From: Balanoglossus misakiensis
Taxonomy: Eukaryota > Animalia > Hemichordata
Reading direction: 5' to 3'
Length of the DNA stretch: 64,000 nucleotides
Assembly (NCBI GenBank): GCA_040954595.2
Contig: CM082584.2
Coordinates: 6,204,110-6,268,109 of the forward strand
Position numbers and translations under genes: made by a program. Each line of letters begins with the position of its first letter. Positions within the stretch are counted from its first letter, which is position 1. This document shows positions 11,601 to 25,594 of this stretch, piece by piece. The notes beneath the pieces were generated by a model that was not told the DNA's origin, ran no database searches, and worked only from the letters and a program-made list of their open reading frames with translations.

Positions 11601-14600
11601 CAATGATTTTTGGTAGAAATCTGAGCAATGATTAACAACCCTTGTTAACTTCCTGCCTTGCCATTTTACAATGCTCTCATTTCTCCTTGCTGATATTGCA
11701 CCCTAGTCATACAGATTCAACAATGTCTTGAACTTATAATACCAATGGAAGGGCCAACAAACCAAAAGAAAAGAACAATACCTTGACTTCTCAGTCCAAA
11801 TGGTGGATTATACTCCATCAATTTATTACCCCAATTCTCGAAACCAGGTGATAGAAAAACGGGAATATTTTCATCAAATCTGGAAAAATACAAAACAGAC
11901 AAATAAACAAATACAGAAATTAATACGAATAACACTCAACATACCAGTAAAAATGCAACACTTGTACATGTAAAGGCACTGTAGTGGAATATATGGCAAA
12001 AAAATAAACTCATCCTCAATTTTCGCAGGGGGCTATAAATATACATTTCGTTTCACTTTATACCAGCACATGTACAAATGTAGTTAACTAAAAATAGTAA
12101 GCATGTATTTTATTGTGTTTTTTACAACATTAGAGTTCGGTTGGATTGCTACAACAGTTGACCCATGCCATTTACCATCACATATGTACATGGTTCAATT
12201 TTAATCTCCATTGTACACTGTTAAAATGTTTCTAGCTTGTGACAATGGAACCAAGCCATTATAAAAATGCAGCAAAATTTACTGTATAGTAATATTATGT
12301 ATAAAATTCTATGAACCCTGACCTCTTGGTGGCCTAGCTACAGCACCATAAATGCAAAAATAGCAAACATTTGAAATCTTGAGGATCTGTCACTGAAAGA
12401 TACGGAGGAAAAACTTCTTGAAGTCCAAAAAAAATGTTTCACTTACTTTGACGACAGTTTCTTCATCATAGTAGCTGCTAATCGCGGAGTACATGAGGTC
12501 TTTGGTTTACTGGTTTTTGGTTTGCTGGTGACAGCCATTTGTCGTGAAAGATTGTTTTTAACGTCAGACTTTGATAAAACAGTGCTTTCAATTACTCCCA
12601 CTTGCGAAGGATTGTTTCGAAGAGCACCCTCTGGTGAAACATTTTTCTGAACAGGACCCTGTGGCAAAAGATTGGGTTTGTCAGCCCCCAGCGCAATATT
12701 ACTTTTCGGTAAACGCTCGCTCGGTGGGTTCCTCTTTATAGCGCCCCCTGGCAAGACGTTGTTTAGAACAGCGCCCTCTGGAGCCCGATTGTCTTTCAAT
12801 GCACCTGCGATCACCAGAGCAGAATTGTCCTTCGCCTCCCCTTGCAAAGAAGACGCGTTCCTGACTGTGGCTAAGCTGTGTTGGGTTTGGTTCGGTATGT
12901 TGTGTGTAGGACGCACGACAATTCCAGGCTGGGTAGCTTCGTTGGAGTCTCCATGCTGGGCGGAATTCTTGTAGCTGTGAAGAAAAAAACAAGAAAACGA
13001 TACAAAAATGTACTGACTTTTATACGTCCCAGGAAGAACCTTCATCTTACAATTTTTAGGAGGTGTATATTAATTTTAGTCATATGACCTTGATGGTACA
13101 TATACCACTGTACCAGTATATCCTGTTTAAACTTCCTGCTTCATTACCTTACATTTACATGTTAGGTATATAACCACATTGGGGAAAATAAGTCCAACAT
13201 AGGCTGTGGTAATGCATCCCCCCATGCCATAGAGCAATCCAAAGTTTTAACCCTTTCACCCCCAGCTCCCTCTGTAGAGGTCCACGTTTACCATAGAAAA
13301 CAATGGATTTGGACCAAACCATGGAGGTGTAGGGGTCAAAACATGCTAAAATCTGGTAGAGCTGTTTATAACGGCTCACCTGAGATTTGCTTCATTTTTC
13401 AGAGTGACACTGACTGAGTCTTCAGGATCGTAATCATCACCTTCGGCACTTGTGTTGGGCTTTTGGTGGTTGCTACCTGTTATAAAGGGAGTAGAGAATT
13501 AAATGGGAAAAGAATCAAACTTATGAGGAGATAAACAATGCACAAAGAACCACTGCGCTAGCTATACAGCAGATATCCACATATTTCAAACTAAAAACAC
13601 ACATAAATTTTGAGATACATACATGTCCATGTACCCTATACAGCTACTTAGACCGAATCAACTCCTACATTCTAATGCAGTACTACCAGCTCGGCTAATG
13701 GCCAGCCCGGAGAATCAAAATGGCTGGTCACCGTGACAACATTTCCTCTGTGCATAGGGAGCTAGGTTAAACTCACAACCTGCCCTTTTCAATAAATAAT
13801 GTATTTTTCCTGTAATAATTGTTGTTGATCTAATTATACATTTTTAGGTGATTTTTCATGATAAATTCTAGGTGTTGTATTTTTTTCTTCATATTAATTG
13901 GGCACAGTAAATTGAACAGACCTGAAATTACTGGTAAACTCTTTATTTCATCAAACAGCTGTTTTTAGTGCGCTGGCAGACTACTACCCACATATCAGAC
14001 TGAATTTTCCCAGAATACAACAAATTCCATTTTATTTCCATATTGTCTGCATAAAGAGCCATATGGCACAATGTGAGAATCATGTAGATTATACTGTGTC
14101 CGCTGTTCATTCAAAATATGTTGTGAGTTCAAAATAGGCAGGCTATCTTTGTTTGTTTGCACTCTGCTTTCAGAAGTCACCAGGGCTACTGAGTTCCAAT
14201 AACAAGTACCGGTACATCATGTAAAGAGACAAAATATTCATGTGCCCATGTGGAGAAACACATTGTGTCTTAAAACATCAAAGTGAGTAAATATGGATAC
14301 GAAAAACATGTGTGTTTATAAATAGTCATATTTCCTGGGGCTGAAAGCGTTGGAGCCCTTAATATATAGAAAACTAGGTCACTATAATGGTTTGAACTTC
14401 TAGCCCAGACTACATGTATCTATATATTACACGTTACTAGTTAATCAGGAGCTTCTAGAAATATAATGGATAATTTTCCATGGTATATGTTTTTTTTAGT
14501 GCTGCCTGTTTTATCTGGCTAGAAACCAATGACATTCCATTCACAGCTCTTGCATTCATGCTATGTTATCTGGAGCCATGCGAGGTCAAAGGTGAACCGG

Positions 14601-15030
14601 AATCAAGTAGGTGTGATACAGCAAACAATGATAAGACTACAGAGAATGACACACTGAATAGCAATCGGTGATATCAAAGTCGATAAATCAGCTTAGATAT
14701 GGACAATACAAGGCTGGCAGTGTCATTACAGGAAATGAAATCACAGTTTCCTGTAGAATTTTCGGAGATGAGGTAGTCTGTGGTGATGAACAAAATAAAT
14801 GGCTATTTCAGCATGTGGATCAGCATTAAAAAATAAAATACATGACTTGTGGCCCCCCGCCCACAAATCAAAAAGTACGTACCTGCAAATAACTTCAAAT
14901 GTCTGGTGATGGTTGTCACATGTGGCACGGTGGTCGGACTTTCCCTCAAAAAGATGTAGTAGGACAAGACGATGCCGGCACTGCACAAAGCAATGGCGAG
15001 GAACAGCTTTTGAAAGTATCTTGTAGCCAT
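8603..15030 (-). CDS. ST3GAL3: GT29 alpha-2,3-sialyltransferase, ST3Gal III-like (~532 aa, type II membrane)
   Basis: Exons 15030-14883, 13476-13380, 12974-12447, 11879-11782, 11341-11275, 10718-10623, 10171-9991, 9530-9390, 8845-8603, all phases consistent. N-terminal TM; sialylmotif L (RCVIVGSGGIL...IDGYDAVFRLNTAPV..YESDVGSRTT), S (PTTG...CDEVDVVGFGY), III (HYYE), VS (HDVPLE). GFWKSV and LIGFPVNNG resemble vertebrate ST3GAL3; strict orthology untested. Confidence 0.93.
9001..9261. mobile_element. Kolobok-like MITE family 1, internally deleted copy
   Basis: ttaaagagacaaagtctctctc ... gagagagactttgtccctttaa, in the last sialyltransferase intron. Confidence 0.85.
9670..9770. repeat. Degenerate (GTATC)n pentamer repeat
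   Basis: atcgtatcgtataggattgtatcat... array. Confidence 0.75.
10928..11040. mobile_element. Kolobok-like MITE family 1, half copy
   Basis: Ends in gggcagcgagagagagactttgtccctttaa; further short fragments near 20480 and 26659. Confidence 0.8.
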
Positions 15031-17603
15031 GGCAATGCTTCCCAGGCACACTAAATCTCCATAGCCGGACAGAGATAGTGAAACTGTCCCAGGTTGGCAG
15101 GAATGTCCTCAGTTCCTTCCTGTAGTTGGATTTTTCATTTCTGTCAATCAAGAAAAGTGCAGTTTTAAAACCAAACACTCGATCATACGTACACCTGGTC
15201 TAGATGCAGGGCCACCGTGAACCTATTTAGAATTTTAGGAACGACAAAATGTGTTTTTCCTATTTCCGGCCCACATAAAAATATACATTGTACATTTACG
15301 GCTGAATCAATAGAATTCATAGGCACTGAGTTATGTTGCTTCTACCTGGCAAACATGTTCCAAAAATAACTTCAGTGTTGATTCACTATTCACCTTATTT
15401 CTGTAAATGTGCAGGTCTATATGTGCTACTTGCTACAATGCTATAGGCAAAGACTGAGTTTCTGAAAGCGATTTGTGTCTGAGGGTCGACATACAGCAAT
15501 TAGAATATAAACTGCTTGCAGTGCAGGGTTTAATAACACTAATTGCTACGTGAGCCTTTGTTATAGGTCTTATATGCATAAATGCTTCTGAATAATGAAG
15601 GCTGCCAGTCTAATAATCGGGTCAAATTATAGAGATGCGTAATAATATTATACACATTAATTAGCATTTATAATCTGTATAACAAATTCGAAGCTCTCAG
15701 GTTTTTACCACAATGAACAAAATTATCCAATTTTAATATTGTCACTGCTCTCACACTTTATATGAAACATTCTGGTTAACTTTTTGTGCATACTGTACTC
15801 CACATGATTTAAGAGTCTCTTTCCATCAAGGCTGGATCTATACACCTATTTTATGCATGTGTATGATCAACAACCAGAATTAATAACACATTATTAATGA
15901 TGTGCTAATCTTAATCATGTGCGTAACAATAATTTGAAATCATTGCATATTTCTGTGATGCGCCATGGCAACTGTGATCACAGTCCGGGTTTAAAACTGA
16001 CATTCTGTCAAACATATACCAGTAATGGCATTGCTTAGTAACAGTTGCTGCTGGTTACATATGGTTCTGTAACTAACAAAGTGGCCCAGTAGCATCCAGT
16101 AGCCTCAGCTTGCTTGGAAGTTGGAGATGGAGATAGTCAGGGAAGTTGGAGATAGTGGGTTTAACTTTAACAGAAAATCACACGACACTCACCAGGCAAA
16201 ATCTACAGTACTGCGCCCTTGACTGAAATTGAACACGTCAGCACGACCTGAAGCCTGGTCACTGGCTGATGTACGCTGTATAAATGATACGACTCTGTTT
16301 GCTTGGTCTGCGTGTTAATTGGCACCGGCTGTGCGGGCGTACGCCCCAACTAGACAGTCCGAGCTGCCAAGCAAGCAGGGACGTAAAAATAAGCCCGGGA
16401 CGTACTGTGATGGGCAGGGCCGTTTACTCTCGAGTTTTCGCCATTGATCGTACAAGTAGACACTCAACCACAGTTTCGACCATAAACGAGTGGCCATCTT
16501 TTTAACGTTGGCCTGCCTGCAATGTACATTTCTCAGTCCAGCTCGTACGTACCCAGGCCCAGCAAGCTATCAACCATGTACACTCCTAGTCCTACGTGGT
16601 TACCTCTCGAAATTTCGATCGCAGGCGACCCAAACCACGCTTTCACGTACGACATTTCGATGTGAAGTTTAATGTGAGATTTAGACTAGAATATAACGCG
16701 AAAATTGTCTTTGATCGTGTCACATGTTAGCTATTTGTGATTGTGTGCGTGTGTCGTGAATGGAACCCTCTCGGACTGGGATGTGCACTCTGTTGTTGTA
16801 TGTGTTAGTGATCAGTGAAAGCTCGGCAAACAAGAACAAAGGAACAGCTAACACTTACTCTAATCACCTAGTCGGCATTGTGGTAAAATCCAAAATCTCG
16901 GGTTAGGCCTACTTTATCCAATGGCGATCTGATCAACAACACACAGTAGCCTTGGTCAATTTATTCGTGTTCCGGGTTGTGGGGCTCAGCTTGTCATTGA
17001 AAAAAAATCATCAGCTAAGGAAGCTCGAAGGACCCTTTAAGTCGCGTACGATGACTAATGAGCAAATCACAAAATAGCAAAACGATAATCATTGAAATCA
17101 TCACGGCCAATATACTTCATCGCATGGCTTTCATTCATTCATCGCGTTAAGTTTCTTACATTCCGACTGGGGAGTCCGACCGACCACAAATTGTCGTCGG
17201 ACACGAAGGGAAAATGCAAACTTTTGCGACCCACATGTATCGTTTGTCGTGCATTTTTCACACTTTTACTGAGCGACCGTTTTACTCGATGAGTCAATAT
17301 TCTTCGGACTCAAATAATACATGTGATAAATACGAAATAAAGGAAAGAAAAAACAAAAGGAATAAACGTATGGAAATCAACAAACAAACAATAATGAATA
17401 ATTTCCTAACAAAAAAACTCAATAAACATAATGGAATAATGTTGTTTGTGATAAATCTTTTTAATATAACTTTGAATCTCGTTTCATTTCCTTCAAATTT
17501 GATTTCACTTGAATAGGAAGGGGGTTCCAGACTTCAAGTTCACCCCTATATACCGAAAATATTTGGACATTCAATGAGTCGTCTCGGTTGAATATGTAAT
17601 ATG

Positions 17604-20600
17604 TCAAGCCTCCGAACTAGCTAGATGAACGTCTTTCTTCTTCTTCACGATGTACTTATCAGCAATGGGTACGAGAAATGCACATACAGACGCAATGATA
17701 AAAAATGCCCCGATGACATAAAATCCACCTTCGTAGTGACCTTGAACATCACGCATCCAACCTGCATGAAACAAATAAATGAAAATGTAGACACTAGCTA
17801 TACGGGGAATAAGTACATTCAGTACAGATGTAGTTCGCTACTACATGCACACTCCTAGTAAATTATACGTTTAAGGTTATATTTCTCTTTCGTTTATTTT
17901 CGTATTCAGTAAGGACATGAAGAGGGTTCTTATCCTCTTAACCCTTCCACCCCCCCCCCCCCGCTTCCCTCTATAGAGGTCCAACCGTACCATAGAAAAC
18001 AACGGGTTTGGACTGAACCATGCTGGCAAAAGGGTTAATTTGATGAATAGTCTAGTTTGGTCCCATTTCTACCGCATGGCGGCGCTGTGCTGTGCTGTGC
18101 CACAAGGCAATGATCCCCTTTTAGTAGGGCGCATCCATGCGGAAGACACGGGGGAGGGCGCCAGATTATAAACTGGTGAATAATTTCGCATTTCGAGTTA
18201 CCGACAAGAGGAGCTCCTATCAGGAAGCCTAGGGACTCTGCTTGAAACGCAAACACCAAACCACTGTTTACGTCTTGTACATCTAATATAACGTGGACCA
18301 CCACAGGATAAAGAGGAACGTAGCACGCCATGAAGAAACCAAAGATCACCATGTAAGCTATCTGACCTACAGATAAAATAACAACATGATAAATTATTAA
18401 TATTATTCAAATAGTATGTCCTCTTGTACTATAGGGATATACGTTTAAAGGGGCGAGTAGCATGACTACAAAAACGGGTAAGAGATTCGCGGACACATTC
18501 CGGATTTTTAGACATAGTCATATTGCACGTACTTACATTAATCCGAATGTAACGTTGCTTTCCATGCATGAATTAGACAATGGAATTATGTGTGAACTTT
18601 CATGCAAGACCAAGCTGAAAACCCATTACTAACCTGCAAATGTGACAAGAAATACACTGATGATACTTGTAACGCCGGCCAGTCCCATCGACGAAGCGTA
18701 CAGAACGTTCGGCCCGGCCTTTTTGATACCTGCCCCAATGACTCCCCAGAGAACCCGCCCAAATAACTGCGTCAACCCCATCATGGCCGGCAGCAGGGAG
18801 CTGTTGAAGCTCTCCATGCCTAAATCTTTGGCCCGTTTTACCTTCAGAAGAAAATAATAAGAATGTTATGATTGAATGATTCCATGATAAATGCAAACCA
18901 CTCAGGGACGTTTTACTCACAGAAAATTTGACAGGAGTGTACGTGGATTTAGCTTGGACGTCGATAAAAGAAACGGGCAACTCAGGTGTTGGTAGCTGGA
19001 TATTGCACATAGTTGTCAATTCCTGTGACTGTAGTTTCTAAATGTGCCTAGTTTCTAAATTAATATATATATATATATACTCCCTTGACAAAGCAAATAT
19101 TATATAGCAGGCCTAATCCAGGGCAATGCATTGCCAACGTTGCCAAAACAACTTACTGTGTGTGAAATAATTGCATGCTGACCTGCCGCGTGGAGAAACC
19201 CAGTCACTTGCACTAAAATGAGAGCGACGTTACGGCACAATGACCAGTTCGGTGATAATGTCTTCACACCTCCCCAGCACGACTGGCAACCTGTTGGGCA
19301 ACTTGCGCATGCCCCGCTGCTGTGTCTTCTACAGCTGCCACTAGTCGGCAACTCAGATTCCGTATTCAACTGTGGATTACCACGTGTTTCAGAGGCACTG
19401 TCGACGCAGTCAGCTCGACCTTTGGCAGGGCTCTCTTCCGTGAAATCGTCCAGGGCACACACGTCGTCTTGAGGACGAACCTCCCGGTAAGTCACTCCGA
19501 GTTTTTTGTCGGTGTTGGGCTGAAACTTGTAGCCACGCAAACCGAAAGAGTAGTTTCTGTCATAGAATTTTGTGGGTCGCAAGAGGGCGGCAGCAACACA
19601 CACGTTCAGATCAATCGCTCCCAAGATCAGAAGTGTTCCGCGCCAGCCATACGTATCGAGAAGCAGCTGAATCAGTACAGACATTACGAACTGCCCACCC
19701 CCGGTTCCAGACAATGCCAAGGCAACTGCAAGAGGGAGGCGTTTCTTGAAGTACTTCCCAATTAATGCCATCAAAGTTAACGGTTGAAGCCATATTCCCA
19801 AACCTGGGAATAAACAAAAGCACATCGTTAGAATTATGTGTAGTAGCAGTTCCAAAATACGTAACCAGACATATTGCATCTTCTTAATTGCATTTCATGT
19901 ACGTGTGTGTGTGTTGCATTTGTGTATGCATGTGTTTGTTTTTATGGTTGTTTGTTCGTTTCTGTTTTTACCTATTTGTTTTTTTGCTCGTCTGTGCGTG
20001 TGTAATGCATCTAGTGATATTAGAAATAAATTTAAAACTGTAGAAAACGGAATGTAGTAAACATTAGTTACACGTTAAAAATGTGTAGTTGTTTTTTTTA
20101 GATTAGTCTTGAAATATTAAAACGAGGCGACAAAGGTGGCCTGTTCCACAAGTGCATAGCACGCGCAGAAAAAGACCTTCCCGCATACTGTGTTAACGTG
20201 TCCACGAGTGCAAACACGCATAGTCAAATAGCAAAGACTGCTGTATCATTTATAGTACATGTTACTCACTGGTGAACACTCCGTACGTGACGTATATTTG
20301 ACCGATGCTGGTGGTGAACGAACTTGCAATCAGACCAACTGAGTAGAGAATTCCTCCAATCATTGCAACTGTCCGGTGTTCATATTTCTTCAGCAGAGCC
20401 AAAGCTATGAAATTAGTGATGATTCCTAATCCGAAGGACAGTGAACCGATCCACGCTATAATTATATAAACGTATACAATTAAAGGGACGAAGTCTCTCT
20501 CTCTCGGTGCCCGGAAAATGCGGTTTTGAAAAAAAGTCCCTCCCGAAGTACCACCCTCGGTTTAGTTTTTAGACAGCTACACTTAAAAGACTAGCAAATA

Positions 20601-21810
20601 GACTATTTTAGCGCACATGCAAGAAATAGTATGATTGTAGGTCACATTGGGGTCATGAAATTGGCCTATTCCGCATGTAGGCGTTTAGACTTCGGCTCAA
20701 ATTTTGGGTATTGACACCAAGAAAGGTGCATGATTATGGCATACCAATTACTTTTGTATCCAGTGTACATCACCATTTTTATTCAACTCTCACTGACATA
20801 CATTGGTTTTCGACTATTGGATCATGATTATCCTTCAACGCAACGCGACAAATCTTTGACAAATATTTAACAACTGAAACTCATAGTATTTTATTAACTA
20901 CCCCACTTGTCCGCACTGTAATTCTTGAAAAGGTTAAATAATTTACCGACAATGGAAACTGAATATTTTTCACACAACTGTCGTTTCCACATGTTTATAC
21001 AGACTTTCTATTATTAGGCGGTAATGTCCAATTTGGTACATGCACATAATGTATTTAAATTAGTGGTAGCTGATAAGGTCAGCCGCGGTACATTGGTCCA
21101 CACGCAAAATTAAATTTAAAGTGACAGGTTCGCTTTACACTTAGGTTTTATCGGAATTACACAAACCAATCTACTTTGTGGTTCCTATACGCCAAGCGCG
21201 CTCAGAATTTATACTGACCAGGAAATAAATTTAGTTGTCTTAAATTTGTGGTTCCTAAAAGCGAATACACTGCTACTCGCAGAGGAAAGACACGATAAAC
21301 TAATATAGGAATGGTTGTGACTATCGCTATATAGTACATGTAGGTTACCCGTTCGCAAAGTTTGTCGGCCGTCGCCCTCAATATGTTTTTGCCGCACTTA
21401 ATATAACATTTTGCCGTTGATAGTCACTCAATTGTTGGCTGTGATCCGGCTAGACCTCCAGGTCACAATAGACATTTATGAAAGTAGTGACCCAGCGCTT
21501 CCGACCTATACATCTGCGCGCATATAACCCTGCGGGTATAAGCTTGGTCGACGACAATATGCTAGCTGCCGACACGGCAGGAAATATGCCCCGGAGAAAT
21601 ATGACTTGTAGGCCGGGTACGGTTGGCAAACTTACCAGCTTCGGCCTTTGAGGCATCGAACGCATCGAGGAATGCAACGAATAACACTCCGAAAGCAAAG
21701 GACTGGCCGATAGCGAGCGCGTAAACAATAAAACCACCGAAAACAATAAACCAGCCATATCCACCATCCGGCGGCTGAAAGCAGGACGCGGAAGGTTCAT
21801 TGGCGGCCAT
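17604..21810 (-). CDS. Monocarboxylate transporter (SLC16/MCT family, MFS), ~512 aa
   Basis: Exons 21810-21636, 20455-20270, 19803-19157, 18841-18634, 18366-18202, 17761-17604, phases consistent. Motifs PPDGGYGW, AWIGS, YFKKRLPLA, YGWRG, LFGR, GAPLVGWMRD. Confidence 0.95.
17938..18038. mobile_element. Small piggyBac-like MITE
   Basis: TTAA|ccct...aggg|TTAA ends; related copy at ~13247-13335 shares gaggtcca...accatagaaaacaa. Confidence 0.6.
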
Positions 21811-22682
21811 TGCCACAAAATGTCCGACTTTGATGCCGACTTGACACTGCTTCACCTATGTCCATGATTTGGCGGCTGACACAAACGTTACCTCGCAGCC
21901 ACGTTACTCCCAAGGACATGTCAAAGGCAGTGTCAAAGGGTAATTGAGTGAGCACAGCACAGCCAGCGGCAGAAATGTTAAAATATTTCAACTTTGACTC
22001 ATTTATGTTGCATGCTACGACATTCATGATGTTATGGTGACACACTGGTTCCATCTTGATTTTTGCAGCAATAGGCCTACGTGTTTTCGTATCGTAGAAC
22101 GAAATTGGAAGGAAACAGATCCAGATCACGGTCACAAGGGTTTTCAGAGGTCGCCAAAGACAGGCAAGCGGCTTAGAGGTCATCGTTGTGATCCACATTT
22201 AAAGCGGGTAGTACGTTTTTCTTGGAAACTTACATCAAATAAACCAATCACGTAGCCTGTTACGAAATTATGTCGATCGAGAGAACCGTCTTGTGGAACT
22301 CTGCGTTTTTGGCGATTGGGGAGAATGGTGGGTAAATTGTGGCCTTGAATGCTTGTACTTTACAATAAGCACCCTTTATGCACAACGTCCCGGGCTGTGT
22401 CGATCAAAGAGGTTTTGAACCGCACAAGTTCATGTGATCTTAGAATGGAAAGGAAAAAAAAACACTTTAAAACAAGACGGTCAAAGCCAGCATATGCCCA
22501 ATAAATTAGACCCTTTATTCACCAAAAAGTACACATCACTAAGAATATTTTCTCGATTCAAAGAAGACACTACTCAGCACAACAAGTAATGCGTTCGCGT
22601 TTTCTACCAGTCGTATCTCTTACGACCCTAAGGAATAATGAAAACAAAGAAATGATTGTGCCGATCAAGTTGCTTCATTTAA

Positions 22683-23563
22683 TCATTTGTCACACTTAGA
22701 GGAAATCATGTAAGCCACATAATTTGTCATGAAGGGTTCAAATGTGCATCCCGTGTCATCCATACACTGCTTCGCTTTCTAAAAACAAATCATGACAAAT
22801 GCAAACTGTTAGTTAGTCATCAGAAGTATCACACAAAACTAAATTTCAGAATTATTCTCGCATGAGTTACCTATTATATATTAAAAATTTATATGACTTG
22901 CTCTTCAAGGCCCAGAATGTTGAGCATTTCTAATGAATACATATCAATATCAAACTCTTGATAATTTGTTGCCTTGCACCTAGGCCTTTTCGCGTCATCT
23001 TGGAAACTGTATACTCACCATATATTTTGAGCATGAGTCTGGGACGCCATCTTGAGAAATACATCTACCGAAGTGTCCTAATATATCCCAGTTACCACAC
23101 TATGCAGCAAAACATTAAAAAAGATAAGCTGAAAAATGTTAAATACTGTTGGGAAATTAAGCGCTCTGTGACCATTAGTGGAGCAATGAGACGTTTTTGG
23201 CTAATCTAATATACTGTGGATATTTGCATTGCCAGCGTGAGCGAAATAAAGGTGGCAGTCTCACTGGCGATCTGCAAATGAGATTAAAAAACAAAACATC
23301 TCGTCGACATGTCGATAGCCCATTCCATTATGAAAATCGTAATTAAGCTACGGTAACCATACTTGCAAATGACACGATTTTTCTTACTCCATTTTTCGAA
23401 AATTTGAACATGAAAATGGACAGAGTGCCTGCTTGTTTCTCAAAGACGTTGCCAATTCTTGTTTGTGAGGCTAAACCATGGCTGAACAAACTCTCACCTC
23501 AAGTGCACCAACAGTGCTTGCCATGGAGACGCAAGCCAGCAACATTACAATAGCAATCTTCAT
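22683..23563 (-). CDS. Secreted 6-Cys miniprotein A (80 aa)
   Basis: Exons 23563-23498 (MKIAIVMLLACVSMASTVGALE), 23099-23019 (CGNWDILGHFGRCISQDGVPDSCSKYM), 22778-22683 (KAKQCMDDTGCTFEPFMTNYVAYMISSKCDK*). Phase-0 GT-AG junctions, same structure as paralog B, AATAAA at 22519-22514. Confidence 0.85.
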
Positions 23564-24289
23564 GGCCTGTTCAATAAGGAACAAAATTAATGTTGTCAAT
23601 ATTGATGACGACAGGCCCATTGCTCAGCCGATGAACAGATCATGTTAGAATTATTTCAGGCTTAGTTGTCATTTTCTTCTGCAATCAAGTTCACACAGAA
23701 TGAATCTTCTTGGAAATTTTAACATTAAAGTATTGTCAATGGCAAACTCTGCTAATTTGAAGTTCCAATGTGTTAATGACATGAGTAGATTTCATCCAGC
23801 AAATATCTTGCTGGAGAATCTACTAAGGCGTGACCAATAAGCGCAATTGATGACGATTGCATAGAACCAGGAACTGTAATACTTTGAAATTGTACAGCAG
23901 TGCAATCATATCAAAGAAAACATGTTGGCTGAAACTTTCCGTTTGAAAATACATGTTTACCAGAATCACATAGTATATCCTCTTTTTAATAAAATGCCGG
24001 CCAAGTGTCTCTCAAAGGGTGAACAGGTCTTTGTGCTGTACGAAGTTTCAATAACATTATTCACGTTTTCGCGACCGCCCTGTCGCACAATTAATACACA
24101 TCGTCCAGCATGAAAACCTGTTTGAATAACACACACTTATACCTGAATATACTGATGGACCTCAGACAATCGTGAATATATGAAGGTACGATATGTATTG
24201 GAAGAAAGGCAGTATGAGTTAATGGTACAGGGAATTCTATCCTGTCAGCAAATCGTTATAGAAATAGGATCGTAAATGTCTTAGCATAC

Positions 24290-24386
24290 TTACTGGTCTA
24301 TCAAAAATACTCTTCTTATCGCTCGCTTGAAACTGGAAAGCCCTCAGTTCATGCCAGAGCTAGACTACGTTAACGTGCTTTATGTA
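24290..24386 (-). promoter_or_regulatory. TATA-like box and non-coding first exon of miniprotein A
   Basis: tacataaag (~24386-24378), then a short exon ending at a gtaagt donor near 24293; block conserved upstream of genes B and C. Confidence 0.6.
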
Positions 24387-25594
24387 ATATTTCTTGTTTA
24401 CTTTTTAAAGAAAATACAACAAAACATTTTGTTTAAATTTCCGTGTGCCGAATACGAATTCATTGATGGCGCTGTTGACTCAGCACTTACATCATGTTGC
24501 CACTTGTTGTTGACGTCATTCACGTGATATATTTTGTCTAATTTTAGGACAACAACAAAACATTTTGTTTGAATTACCCAGGCGTATAACATGAATTTTT
24601 GTGGAGTTGTTGGCTCGGCATTTGTCTCGATTTTCGTAGAGTGACAAATTATAACATAAGAATTCGGGTATCAGTAGAGTCATCATATTGTCACATTTAA
24701 AAAAATGATTGATGCGAACAAATTCAATTACCGGGTGAACAAAACAGTAAAGAGAACGGATAAACAATTAAATCTCGCGCTCATCTATTTTGGGCTACGC
24801 TCGTTTACTATTGGCTGACTCTCATGTGGTAAATGCAATGTTTCTTTCATGTTTCTGGCATATAACTTGTATCGGTGGGCAGGTAGTCATATACATGTAC
24901 ACATAAGAAATATTGCACTTTCGTTGTCGTTTTTTTAACATTTTGCCTGGATATTCATTGGCTGTTATTTGCGTTACTCAAAATCTTTATTCAAATAAAC
25001 ATGGATTTTAAAGTTTCACAATCTATGTTGGTATTTACTCCAAGTAGCGCAGACAGCGGTAGAAATTGGGAAGGGGACTAGACTAGCGTGTAGCCTGCAT
25101 CTGTATGGGGATCAAACGATACAAATACCCCGTGAGATGTGCCCTCAACAGTAAGTTAGAAAGATATTCATTCATTCATTCATTGTTTCATATCTAGTTT
25201 TTAATGACACATAATGAAGATTTTGAGACGTAATTATCATAGAATCGTGACGCGAGGTTGTACAAAATATCGGCAGTGCATAGTTTATATAGGCATACTC
25301 TTAACCTCATGAAACTCATGCTTACATAGTTGTACTTTTTGCTCTTGATGTTTTAGCAATACTCGCAAAAATCGGACTTATGTGGTTAAATGTATACAAG
25401 CTGAGTCGTAGCCACTCTACACTAAACATGAACAAGGAAAATAATAAACTGTTATTTAGCATTAAAACTACGATTTAAAGGGGCAAATATTAGTATTTTG
25501 TATGTACTCTTCGCCATTTTGGAATAGGTGAAACTGGCGATTGAAATCCGCGAAACCATGACTTCTCTCAATATCTTGCGCGTCATACATGTAC

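Noticed and set aside
22605-22630. Apparent GRKR amidation/cleavage exon for gene A
   Set aside because: The upstream exon 22778-22683 completes the 6-Cys pattern and holds the stop in both paralogs, so this is 3' UTR unless that exon is skipped.
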